Of a stretch of DNA of 64,000 bases, positions 49,874-61,859 are shown piece after piece; positions within the stretch are counted from its first letter, which is position 1, and each line of letters starts with the position of its first letter. The stretch lies in NCBI GenBank assembly GCA_973895155.1, contig OZ316892.1, forward strand, positions 2,669,223 to 2,733,222, given 5' to 3'. A program made the position numbers and the translations under genes. A model generated the notes under the pieces. That model was given only the letters and a program-made list of their open reading frames with translations. It did not search any database and was not told the DNA's origin. This stretch comes from Marsupella aquatica (taxonomy: Eukaryota; Plantae; Marchantiophyta).

Positions 49874-52800
49874 AAGAGACTTCAACTACTTTTAGACCTT
49901 GGTTGGTAATGGCAGAATCAATGAAGGACCATGACCACTTGTTCATCACATCCAGCCATGTCCCCGCAACAACATGTGTAGTCTATGGAGTGATGTCCTT
50001 GACTTCAGTCCCATGGAACTCTGAGAATCATTTTTGTACGATTGGCCAACTCACTTGGGTGAACCCATAGTGGCCAGGAATCAAAATGGCTTTGATTCCA
50101 GCCAACAGAGGCGGGTGGTCAACCTTTGTACGTTTCCTAGAGGCCATGTCCACACGGGCCACCTAATCACTGCAGACCGGAAGATAATGCGTTCACCTGA
50201 TAATCGGAGGGCCCTTAAAATGCTGCGTTTATAACTTGGTCCAGTCCAGTCGTCTGGTGAGTCTCTGCTCCGATTCCAAACGGAAGAAATATTGGGACAA
50301 ACGTACTAGACACCTGCAAGCATGCACCTCATAGTTTGAATATGTGCCTTCACAATATTGAAGGTGACAAGTGCAATTGTTTTGTGATGCCACATACAGA
50401 TGTTGTAAATGGGCAGACATTCAATGAGAATACAAAATGTTGGTACACTTTAAGGGAATTCTCGCAAATTAAATAGCCTTGTAACTTATATGCTCATAAT
50501 GAGAAGTCCTGATTTAATTTAAGCAGTGTCATGTAAGTCGTGATCAAAATGATTGCAGAGTTAAAAAAGTTCCTAGAAGGCTTAAGGGGAGTTTTTGAAG
50601 GCATGTACCCAGGAACAAGTAATGAACTTAGGGTACTTGTTGCCTAAGCATCCTCTAACTCTTGAGGAAATGAGCATGACCAGGGAATTCTCTGAGAAAT
50701 AGAAGTGCACAGGGAAAATGAAATTGGCTCATTCAGCTGCGCAAGATGGACCATTGCAGCATACTTGGACAGTTGTTCCGCAATACATAAAATACCCTGA
50801 CTTACATGCAATTGATACAATCTGCTTTTGTTGGCTGTCCTACAGCTCATGGCAGTGCCGTTGGGATAGGGTAAGTGAATATTGCCATAGCTGAAGCACA
50901 TTGAGCTTGCAGCAACAAGTGAAGGAGCATGGCCAAAAGCAGAAAAGACAGACAGGTTTTACAAGAAGAAACTAACAACCGCCAATCTACTCAAATCCGC
51001 TGCATAGATCAAACCCTCCGAACTACACAGCCCTCCTTTGAAAACAATCCAATGTGCTTTGGCTGGTGGATGACAAGGACTGGGAGAAGAGGAAACGTCT
51101 GCACAATCAATCCAAATGACGGGACACAGAGACCAGGCACAGAGAGGATTTGTGCTTAGACAAAAACCACAAATTGTAGCATGGGCGCCATAGCATTCTA
51201 GACAAAGCACAAAACATAGAATCTATGAATCTATGACTCATGGACTAACAAAATGATTGGGTAGCATGGCAAAAGGAAAGACAAATTTCAAAATGACAAC
51301 ATGGCCCGTTTCCGCCATTCATTTGACGTTGCTAGGTGTCCGTAAGATGACTGACCCACAGACAATCCCGACAACCTCATCTGACAGACTGCTTTTCTAG
51401 TGTGAAGAAATACATGATTACAAGCAACACCACGCCTCATCCAAGCAGGGAATTGAAAACATAACCATGTCATTCCTGTATTGGACAGTGTCCTCTACCA
51501 TTGCACTGCATAGTTGTTATTCCATGTTGGTTGTCAACAGTTTGTTGGCTTGCCACAGCCTAGATAGAACAATAAAATACTGTACATGAATACAACAAGA
51601 AAAATCTGCATACAGCGATGGCCCGGTCACTTGAGGAAAAAACAAAACTAAGAAGGCAAGCACACAGGCAACCGAGAAAAAAAGCTAGTGGCGCCTCGCG
51701 GAGAATCCAGAATGGTAATGCCCTCGCCCAGAAGCTTGGGAAACAAAAGAGAAAAAAGCAAAAACGAGCTACCGACCACCGTCTTGACCAGGCCCGCCAC
51801 AAGGTATGGCTGGAGGCTATGGTCCCCCCCTTAGTAAAGAAAAGGATGCAGGTTGGAGCACGGGGCACAAGGCATGTTTGGATCCAGGAGGAGCAAAACA
51901 GTAATGTCAAGCAGGAAGTGTGGAGAGACCAATCAGTAAACAAAAATAGGGGAGAACAAACATACATCAGCAGCAGGAAACGAGAAAGTTGATTTAGGAG
52001 GGATTGTAGGGAGAGAGCTTTTGGTGGGCTCGGCTGCGCGTGAAATATCGGGAGATAGATGCGCGAGAGAGTGAGGAGGGTGGCAAGCGGAAGACGGGTT
52101 GGGACTGGACCCTTGGTGCCGGTGGGTAATATATGGGGTTTCAGCAGACTTGGGGCCAGTTTGAGGAGGATTAAGAAGCGCGCACCCCACGTTCTTGGGT
52201 GGTGGTTGGGTGGGGTTTTGTTTGATTGAAGAAGAAATCACCATTCTCTTCTAGAAGAAAGAAAATCGCAGGAAATAGTGGACGGGAGAACAAGGCATGT
52301 AATAGAGACAGTGCGCAGCTCAGCTCCGAGGTCACACTTTACGATGCACAGGGGGTCCTTGGTTGCAAGTAGGAGAAGGACTGAATCATTGTGGCTGCTC
52401 TTCTCTACTATTGAAGCACCCGGCTGGCAGCTCTGCAAACACTGATCGTAGCTACAATCTCTACACCGTTGATTGAAGAGCAACTGCAGCATAGTAAGGA
52501 GCTCCCACAGCCTCCCTCTTCAAAGCTCGGTTGACCTAGCTCTACGATCGACGGAGCATGGGCGCCAGACAAAGCACAAACTGTACCATGGAGCTGGAGA
52601 AAAACACAGAGTAATTGAAGCCTAACAATACCCTTCTCAGCTCCTGATCGAATGAGGAAAAACACATTACAAGACACATTGCAGGCAATAGGATTTTAAC
52701 AATGAAATCTTGCCTGTGCTGACAGAATACCTGCTTACAGCCACGCGTTGCTCATCCTCCCACAGTTCGGTGGCACACTATCCAGATGGCATGACGCATG

Positions 52801-53929
52801 CCTTAACTTATGACGATTTGCGCAGCTCAAATCAAGTAGGTTGTCCCCACAAAAAGACAGAGGACAACAAAGAAAAGCAATGTAGCCGTGATGTCTTACC
52901 AGCCCTGACAACGGGAGCTTCAAAGGCGGTGCACTGTGGCTGAAATGGCAGCACGTTGCTCGAACACTAAAGCAACACAAAACTTGGACTCTCACCTTAT
53001 GCAACTCCTGGCTTGTATTCAGCTAGCGTTGGCCCACTCTAAGCTCCTGCGCCGCTCCGACTGCCAGTTGTTCTGTAGACGGTCTGTATCCTCCCTAACC
53101 GCAGCTCCTCCCCGCCCCCAGCTCGTCACCCGCGTCTTCTCCCCAATTTTTGGTGAGCTCCTCCTCGACCACAGCACCCTAAACTGCTTTGCCTAGCCTC
53201 TGATGGCCTTCACGTTGTTACCGATTATCGCTCCCCACAAAGTCCACAATCCATAAACTAGGCAGATAGCGCACCCGTAGAACAGATGCAACCCGCATGC
53301 AGCTTCACCAGCTCAATGGCAGCTCGACAGCTTAAGGGTGCAGCAAAAAGGCGTTGAATAGGTTGTCTCACCTCACCCTTCGAGAGCCGGTCATTGCAGC
53401 ATCCCTAAACTCCCGATCCCTCTTCTTGGATTCCACAGAGCCGACCACAAGAAAATGGGAACACTAAACCTCACTGTAGAGACGTTCCCACCAAGATTAC
53501 ACGGAAAACCTTGCTCCGATCCCTAAGCTCCTGATCCCATCGAGAGAACACGATAAAACCTTTCTCCAATCCCTAAACTCCCGATCCCACCAAGAGAACA
53601 CAATAAACCTTGCTCCGCAAGTTGGGAATGTGGCGGGATCCCTAAACACATCAACAACCTGCTAAGTGTAAGCAAAGTTGCATAACCGGCTTGTTCCCTT
53701 CCAACGGTCGCGCGACTCGGGTGTCCAAACGGTACTGCAAGCGGTACAGGCCCCTAGCTTGGGATACCCTTACCAAAGTCACTGGTGTTGCCGACATGGT
53801 AACGGCAAGATTATCCTGACCCTCCATTAACCCCCTCCATTCACTCAAGTGTTGTGAGTGACAACTTAGTGTAGTGTCGCTAAACAAATACTTTGGCCTT
53901 AGCAAATATCTGTGGTGATCGAACTTCAT

Positions 53930-54690
53930 TAAACCAAACCTCTTTTGGTCACAAATAAGGCCATTTAATGAGTGATGCCCCTTGTCATCACCCTCTTAAT
54001 TTATGCAATTACCCCTCCTGAACATAAGTGAACATTGTCCAAATTGCCTACCCTCATGAATAATTTGTCAATTATCTTTCCCGACATATATGATGTCAAT
54101 GGACATGATGGGGAACATGATGTCAATGGACATGATGCCAACGATCCAATGGTTCCTAAACCCCCATCCCCTTAACATGCAACCCCCGACCCTTGACATC
54201 AAACCCCCCCTAAACCCCCTTTAGTGAAAACCCAGCCACCCCCTAGCCTTGACATATAAACCCCCTAAATGTCTTCACAACTCGACTGTGGCCAGACTAT
54301 CTTTGCAATGCCAGGGGCCATTTTTAGAGTGCATGCCGCTTGCAAGCTCAGGCTCTCAAGATCCTCCCAAGGCAGCAAACAAGTTAGGGTCCCTAAACAT
54401 GTTCCTTTACCCTAAACCATTGCGTCACTATTTCAATCGAGTGTTCTTCGCCTGGACAACCCCCTAACCCTAAACCCACACCCCCTTGAGACCGGTACAA
54501 ATCTACCTTTGTGCATCTCGGCCTTTTATTGATGGAGTTAGTAATCGATCCCTCCGTAGTCCACCCTCCATGAACCTCACTCCAAAACCTTTTTGGTCAC
54601 AAATAAGGCCATTTATTGACTTATGCCCCTTGCTATCACCCTCTTTACAGAATTACCCCTCCTCAACATAAGTGAACATTACCCATGATG
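53930..54690. repeat. Two diverged copies of a ~110 bp block in the CACTA subterminal region
   Basis: ttttggtcacaaataaggccattta...aattacccctcct.aacataagtgaacatt at ~53943 and ~54591. Confidence 0.8.
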
Positions 54691-55297
54691 TGCTAGACTA
54701 TTCACCGTTCACAAAGTAGCAAGGTTACTTCTCATAGTCTTTTAGTGAACCATAAAACACTAATAGTCTTTTGTAGTCTTCAACAAAACCGGTGCAATGG
54801 GTGCGAGTCGTTTCAAGTATGGAAAAAGGACTTAGTGGGCTTAGTCCTATAAGGTATGGTACTTCCCCAGAGGTATTGGCATCAGTTGCTGGTTTTAGTG
54901 GAGTGGTCACTTGGCCAGGTGATTTGTTGGAGGGTAACCTGTGACGCCGCCGGTACGGCGGTTAATGAGTGATTCAGTCTAACTGCGCTCGGCACGCGCG
55001 TTAGGTGGGTCTTAGGCCGCTATTATTAGCATAACGACAGTATTTAGGTAATCATTAGGGGTAGGACATCATTAGGCAATAAGGGGGACTTCAGGTTTGG
55101 GCTGGCGGCGGGTCGCTATTCGCACACCCGGGTTACGAGCGTGGAGGGGCCCCTCCCTCGGGTCCGTATAACGAACTTAAGGAAGCGGCCACTGATGCAC
55201 GCTGACTCAGACCGGCGGAGTGGCCGGTACACCACAAGCGTGAGCGGTTCAACCTATGGGCGTCGAGGAGACGTCGGGGATCGACAAGCCCTCAAAG

Positions 55298-55304
55298 TAT
55301 AAAA
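55298..55304 (+). promoter_or_regulatory. TATA box of element B
   Basis: TATAAAAGGGG about 100 bp upstream of the ATG at 55406, followed by a CT-rich leader. Confidence 0.6.
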
Positions 55305-55405
55305 GGGGAGCCAACCCTTTGTAGTGCACCAGTCCATCAGTCCGCGCGCCAGCTTCAACCCCAGCTCTCTCGTTCTCTCTAGGTCGCCACTACTATCTCC
55401 TCTGA

Positions 55406-58041
55406 ATGTCGCACACGATCCTCTCCAGCTCGGCCATTCAATTCTGGACGCAGTTCCTATCTACCGGAAGGCACTTGGCCGATTCATTGAAACACGCCAA
55501 CCCGCGCCGATACGAGATCGAACGCGAATACGAGAGAGCCATTCGCCTAGCAGGACGACACCACTACGTCCTTAACTTTGACTACCCGTCTCAGAGCGAG
55601 CTTTACCGACCAGCTGAGGTATCTGGGTACTTCTTCAACGGAGACAAATATATCGGGTTCTGGGAAGCATTGCTTCGGCTTCCGGACGAGGTCTTCAATA
55701 TCCCGGGTACAATCGACCTGCAGCGACATCACTTCGACCACATCCCTGCCCAGGTTCGGGCTGTCATTAACGGCGAGTCCAGTACCAACCGTTCGACAAG
55801 GGCGTCCGCACTCGCTTCGGAGAACTTCTACCAGCACCTGCAGAGCTTCATGGGAACTCGGCCATCAACCAACATGACCAACTCAGCCGGGCCCGTACCC
55901 GTACCCGTACCCGTGCCCATGCAACCCCAGCCTTAGCCTCAGCCGCAGCCTAGCCAAACCCCACCACCTATCACCCAGCCAGCACAGGTACGCTCCATCA
56001 TCAACGCTGTGGATCTTAGCGATGACGACGAGGCTACCCCACCCTTGACCAGGCGGCCCAGAGGAACAAGCGCTCGGGGGGCCGACACTATATCGTCCCC
56101 ACCCCCTGCTCTGACCCCAGGAGCGGCCCCAGCAGACAACATGGTGACCGTGGCCGCCCCGGGCCCGTTACCAACCGCAGTGGCACTCCCCAGGCCCGAT
56201 CGGGAGGATGGGGAAGTATCACCTTCCCCGAGTCAGTCACGGGGAAAGAAGAGGAAGGAATCCGCCACTGCATCCGGGTTACCGTTGGCCACGGTAGCCG
56301 TGGCCAAGGTGACAATGCATCGCATGGGGGAAAACGTTCACAGCAACATCCTCCATCCCAAGCATGCGGTGTACCTGAAGACTCAGGGATTTGAGCACCT
56401 CGCCTCTCTCCCCTGGAACACTTGCAGGTACTACGGGGAGGACATGACAGAATTCGTCAAGAATTATGACGACGTACGTCAACAGACTCGGCTGCGGGGA
56501 AGGAATATGTCCCTCACAGAAGAACGGCTCAAGATGATCTTTGGGTTACCCGAAGGTGACCATCGAGTCGAATCACGGGCTCCCGGGGGCAAGGGGGCCA
56601 AGTACCAATCTTCAAGTTTTCCCTCAGAGGGATCAGTAGACAATGGGTTCGTGATGAGGACCTGCCTCATGCCCGAGATAGCTGAGCGGCTGGAGTTCCA
56701 GAGGTACGCTCTCCACATGATGGAACCCCGGGGGGAGATCTCCGCCGCCCAGGTTATCCAGGTCGAGAACTATCGACCTAGGAAATGGGCGTCGTACTTC
56801 GCTAAGAAATTCCATGAAGAGATGGAGCGGCGAAGGAAGACGCTGTACATTGGCGGGAAGGCGTATTTTGCTAGCCACATCGAAATCATTCTTGAGTGGT
56901 ACGCCCGGTTTGATCGACGAACCCTTCCCCGCATCAACGTTACAAAGCTGGTCCCAACTAGGTGGGTTTTTCCGGCATTGGAGAGACGGCCCCAACCCGA
57001 GGCCCGAAGTCCAGTGGACACGCCAGCTTCACCCACCCCACCTCCACAAATAGCTGCAATCGTAACCGAGGAGGCGCCGGAGGGGTCGGTCATCGCAACC
57101 GTTGATGCGACCCAACTAGCCGGGCTAAGTACAGAAGTTGGTACGGCAAAGGTCTTACCCGAACCCGGGTCTCCCAAGGACCCGCCGGTGGCAATTCCGG
57201 AGAACCGAACATCGCTGCAGGAGGACACTCCAGCCCCTTCCAACGTTATGTCCCCAGGGCTGGACGTCACTGCCCCGGCCCCTGCGCGTGTTGATGTCTG
57301 CCCGTGCCCAAATCCGGACAGGCACAACTTGGACCACCCGGAACTCTTCGTACAGGGTACGTTTCTGAACGGGCTTCTGGGAGATTTCTCTCATCAAATT
57401 GCCCGGGATACGGGGAGTTCATGGCCCGGAAGGTAGCCTGTTTCTTCAATCAGGAGTTGGTTGCCGCCGTAAAGGCAGGTCGGGCCCAGTCGGAGGCCCT
57501 TCAGAGGATAGAGCGGTACCGGGTGGAGTCCGTGTACCTAAAGAACGAAGTGGCGGCTCAAGAGGCTGAGCTTCTGCAACTACGACCCAAGGTTGCAGCC
57601 GCCGATGAGTTGTTAGCAAAGGCGTACGCTCTTACCGCCCTAGCCAAACAGGCCAAAGCTGGGAACGAGGCCGAGATTACACGACTCCGGAACCAGATTG
57701 ACAGTTTGAAGAAACAAGCTGTCACCTGGCAGAAAGACCTGGAGGAGGCCGAGGAGCGAGCCCAGCGGGACGCGATGGAGATAGCCACGCTGCAGGCCGA
57801 GATGGCGCGGCTCCAAACCGAGGCCGAGAAGCAGGACCAGCTGGCGGGTAAACTGATGAGCGACGCCCAGCAGCTGGAGGAGGCATGTCAGGAGGCAGCA
57901 GAGGAGACGGACGCGGTGAGGCGAGAGAACGAATCTCTGCTGGACCAGGTCCAGCTCCTCAAAGCGGACAATGACAGGCTTTGAAGGCAGCGGGATGGCC
58001 GTTCCCATTTGGGCGGCTCTGGCAAGCGTGCCAGGCATTAG
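55406..58041 (+). pseudogene. Element B gene, ~875 aa, homologue of the element C protein
   Basis: ORFs 55406-55936 and 56009-57436 share a frame (TAG inside a QP repeat); frameshift near 57405 into 57304-57984; TGA at 57982 is followed by RQRDG...GKRARH*. Confidence 0.83.
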
Positions 58042-59107
58042 CGGCGGAGTAGGAATAGATTAGAATTAGGATTGGCTTAGTCAGGCTCTTGGGACAGGCA
58101 CCTGCCTTAGGTACAGCAGCGCTGCCCTGCTGTCCAGCCTGCGTAAATTAGGATCTTCTAATAAGACACAGCCGTTTTCCGGCCTGACTGTCAGCTTAGT
58201 TAGGACCTTAGTCAGCGAATCTTCGGCGAGAGGACACCCCGTTCCTCGGCTCTTAGTATTTAGTGCACCCCTCGGTAGAGGCAGGGGGGGTTTTAGTTTT
58301 AGAGTCGGACATCCGCGGGACATGCGGGGAGTCCCAACCTCTGGGAATGACAGAGTACCAAGGGGAGGGGGTAGGACTAAGCTTGCCGGGCAAGTGCGGA
58401 GCCGGGCTCCGTTGTAGTGTGCACCCTCAGCCTTGAACCTGTGCATTCCAGGGCTGTCGTGTCAACTAAGTGTACGCATATGTTCCCTTTGTAGTAAAAT
58501 CCTTTCCCATCATTTTTCCTTCGTGTAAATCGAGATTGTATGCATGTGTGCGCATATGTGTGTGGGTTTCTCGTATATGGGTGGCAGCGCCGGGCCGAAC
58601 GCACTACCCGAGACGTGCACAGGGTGCAGCCTGCGGGTAAGTAGTTGCGAGCACGGGTTGAGGACCTGTATCATCGAATCCGGATCGAAGGCGGACAGCA
58701 CGAAGGCTTAGAAGCCCTTAAGCCGGGGTCGATCCTGCTATCGACTAAGGTACGTTCCGGCGGCGGAACACAAACCATACCTAGGAGGTGTCCGTATTTA
58801 GCAGTATGCGCACTTAGCGCTAGTTTACGAGAATAAGGTGCATTACGTGCTTCCCTTCCTGCCCAAACCCTCAGATTTACGAGGGATGTGCCCGTCTAAG
58901 CTGAAGTCTGAGTTAAGGCCGAAGCCTACGACGTGACATAACCTCTTAGCCGTGGATTCTCCAGTCTATGAAGAGGTAGAGGAGGTCTTTAGTTTGGCGG
59001 CAGTGGTACCCTCCTTGTTGGATGTTCCACTTTGGAGTTCAAGTGGAGTGTTGAGGCAGAAGGATGATCATTTGATATCATAGGCTTGGAGTACACCCTT
59101 TGTACCT

Positions 59108-60008
59108 GTGGAGGTAGAGGAGGCTCCAAGACGAGCTCCTACTGGTGGTCCAATGGGGTTGTCTCCTTTGGATACAACACCCATTGTTTGGGAGTATCCA
59201 CTAGAGGGTATTTGTGTGTTGGACCTCTTTGGTGGGATTAGCACTGGTTTGGCTGCAGTGTTGCAGGCTGGGATACCTGTGAGGAAGTATTTGTATGTGG
59301 AGAGAGATGAGACCGCGAGGAGGGTTTCATCACGACATCTTGCATTGTTGATGCAAAGATACCCTGAGTTGTTACAGTCCGCAATTCGGGGGTATCAACG
59401 GAGTTTGCCATCAGACATTTCATTGTTGGGGGTGCAAGACCTTGAGAGAGTTGGCCCTATTGATTTGGTGATTGCTGGATGGCCATGTCAGGGACATACT
59501 TGGGCTGGTCATGGTGGAGGGTTATGTGACCCTCGTTCTCATATGTTTTGGGAGATGTTGCGGGTGTTGCGTCATCTTCAAGTGCATCAGGCACGTGCTC
59601 CAGCTTACATTCTGGAGAATGTCCCTTTGTTGGGTACGTGATACTAGATCTCATGTGATCACGGTTGCACATGAGGTACGGTCATGGATTGGGCCAGCTG
59701 TTTTGTTGGATGTAGCGAGGGTGGGCTCGCGTGCACATCTTCCACGGTTGTGGTGGACGAACTTGTTACCCAGGGAGCTTTTGAGGCGCGCCTATGATGC
59801 AATCCAGCGACCACTATCTCTCACCGTGGATAGTATTTTGGATGGTGGACGACGTTCTCAGGTGGTGAGAGCAGTGGATAGGTCACCCATGGCAATAGTG
59901 AACCTTGTGGGGCAGCCTAGAATGGCTTTCCTACATTTGTGAGTTTTCCCTCGTCACATGCCTATAGGGATGGTGGTCCTGGGCTTGTATGGGATTCTTG
60001 TAGCAAGG
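59108..60008 (+). pseudogene. C5 cytosine DNA methyltransferase domain, DNMT3-like, within Gypsy pol
   Basis: Motif I VLDLFGGISTG, II YVERD, IV IDLVIAGWPCQG, GLCDPRSHMFWEMLRVL, VI YILENVP, VIII DVARVGSRAHLPRLWWTNL. Frameshifts near 59635 and 59930; motifs IX-X lost at 60009. Confidence 0.92.
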
Positions 60009-60529
60009 TGATAAAGAGATAAATGACTATTTACTCCTTAACAACTCGATTTCGTTCCCGTTAGGAGTGGATAAGATCGAAAAAACTGAATTAACACAAT
60101 TTGAGAAGTTTACACCAACATTCTTAGGTTGAAGAGATTTCTAATGATCTCCTTAACATAAGTGTTTAACCACAAACTCAAGTGGGTAATCCTTAGGATT
60201 CACAGTGCAATAATAAAGACTAGAATTAACAAAGATTGAAACTAGAGGGAGAGTAGATAGGAGTTTTCAAAGTGCAAGGGAATTGAATTTCTGACCATCA
60301 CCACTCTTTCAATAAGGATTATGGCCTAATTTAAGATTCAGAAATCAACATTTTCTATGCTTTTTGATTTCTCGTAGCAACTCTTCTCCATCTCTTGAAT
60401 TTAGAAGACAACAATGTAAATCAACCCGGGACACTTTTCTGGTCTAGCTTAAGACGGTACTAGGATACTCGAATTGGTTTACTTCTCCTACAATCCTTAA
60501 GATTGCTTGTTTGAGTTTTTTCTCCTACA
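60009..60529. mobile_element. 521 bp solo-LTR-like insertion without TSD, at a deletion in pol
   Basis: AT-rich, TGATAA...CCTACA ends; flanks CAAGG and ACATT differ. DNMT stops on the left and RT resumes mid-domain on the right. Confidence 0.6.
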
Positions 60530-61460
60530 ACATTTTGGGGAGTCAACTCATATGGCAAGGATTGTTTGTATCAGTGGCGGTTCTTACCCTTTGGGTTGAA
60601 GAATGCACCTGCCGAGTTTCAGAGAGTGCTGGACAGGATCCTAGCAGGATTGGATTTTATTCGGTGTTACATTGATGATATCTTGGTGTTCAGTGATACT
60701 ATGGAGGAGCACCAACAACATTTCCAGATTGTGTTTGAGCGATTGAAAGCTCATGGTCTACGTTTACATCCAGGAAAGTGTAGGTTCTTCCATGAGGATG
60801 TTGAGTACTTGGGTCATGTGATCTACCCAAGTGGTTTGGGGGTCCAACAGGCAAAGGTTGAGGCTATTGCACGTATCCCTCGGCCGACAGATGTGAGTAG
60901 AGTTCGGGCATTCATGGGATTGGCGAACTACTATCGGCGATATGTGAAGGGATTTAGTGCTATAGCAAAGCCTTTGAACAAGTTGTTGAAGTCTGATCAG
61001 GAGTGGCAGTGGGGAGATGACCAGGAGAGAGCTTTTATGGAGCTCAAGGCCAAGTTGGTGTATGCGCCTATCTTGAGGAGACCTATCAGGGGTCGCCCAT
61101 TTCAACTGCACACTGATTGGAGTATGTTGGGGATTGGAGCGGTGTTGACACAACATGATGATGAGAACAAGGAGTTTGTGGTGGCCTATGCAAGTCGTTC
61201 AAACAATGCAGCAGAATCAAGCTATGGTTCGTACGAGGGAGAGTGCTTGGCAGCAGTGTGGGCTATGGCACACTTCAGGTGTTACTTGTTTGGCACAAAG
61301 TTACCCTTGTTACTGATCACCAACCGCTCAAGTGGTTGATGGAGTCTGATAAGCTTACAGGAAAGCTTGCACGGTGGGCTCTTATCTTACAGGAGTATGA
61401 CTTTCAGGTGGTACATAGACCTGGAGTTACCAACCTTGATGCTGATGGGTTGAGTAGGAA
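60530..61460 (+). pseudogene. pol: Reverse transcriptase (C-terminal half) and RNase H
   Basis: TFWG...YQWRFLPFGLKNAPAEFQR, YIDDILVFS, LHTDWS, EGECLAAVWA, TDHQPLKWL, ADGLSR; frameshift near 61300. Confidence 0.96.
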
Positions 61461-61859
61461 CCCATGTCCTAGTCAGGAGGATGATACTGGAGCTAGATGG
61501 CATGGAGAGGTTGATGAGGAGATGGTGCCAGGATGGCATGCATCTGCCTTTTTGTGTTTGTTGGGTGTGAACTCTAGTATGGAGGATCACCTTACACCTT
61601 CCTCTAGTCAGAGGGTAGATGGCCAGCCTGCAGATCCGGAGGTTGGAGATGGTGCTACAGATCAGCGTGATATTCATGATGATGCGTTGGTGTTAGAGTT
61701 CCTACGGACCAGTAGGGTGCCAGGCATAGTGAGTGCCAAGGAGCGAAACCGTGTTCTCCAACGGGCTAGGAGGTACCGATTGGAGGGAACACATGTTCTC
61801 CGTGTGTGGGAGGATGGTAGAGTACGAGTGGTACCCCATATAGCTCAGAGAGGCGCATT

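Larger units (their letters stand above)
35608..54860 (-). mobile_element. CACTA (En/Spm) DNA transposon, ~19 kb including nested element C; right TIR missing
   Basis: CACTAGTAGAAAC at 35608; AGTC/GACT subterminal repeats at 35640-35980 and again at 54730-54860; TnpD- and TnpA-like coding regions. Confidence 0.88.
54940..58938 (+). mobile_element. Element B: 3999 bp TGT...ACA insertion with 5 bp TSD, inside the Gypsy pol frame
   Basis: TAACC (54935-54939) | TGTGACG...CGTGACA | TAACC (58939-58943). Excision restores the frame ...WPGDLLEGN|LLAVDSPVYEE..., in phase with ORF 59108. Confidence 0.93.

Noticed and set aside
49900-53400. Many short ORFs inside the CACTA element
   Set aside because: Possible small exons, but none shows a recognisable domain.
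59108-60008. Bacterial restriction-modification methylase or host DNMT3 gene
   Set aside because: It is embedded in the retrotransposon reading frame, has no introns and no partner nuclease, and motif VIII is DNMT3-like.
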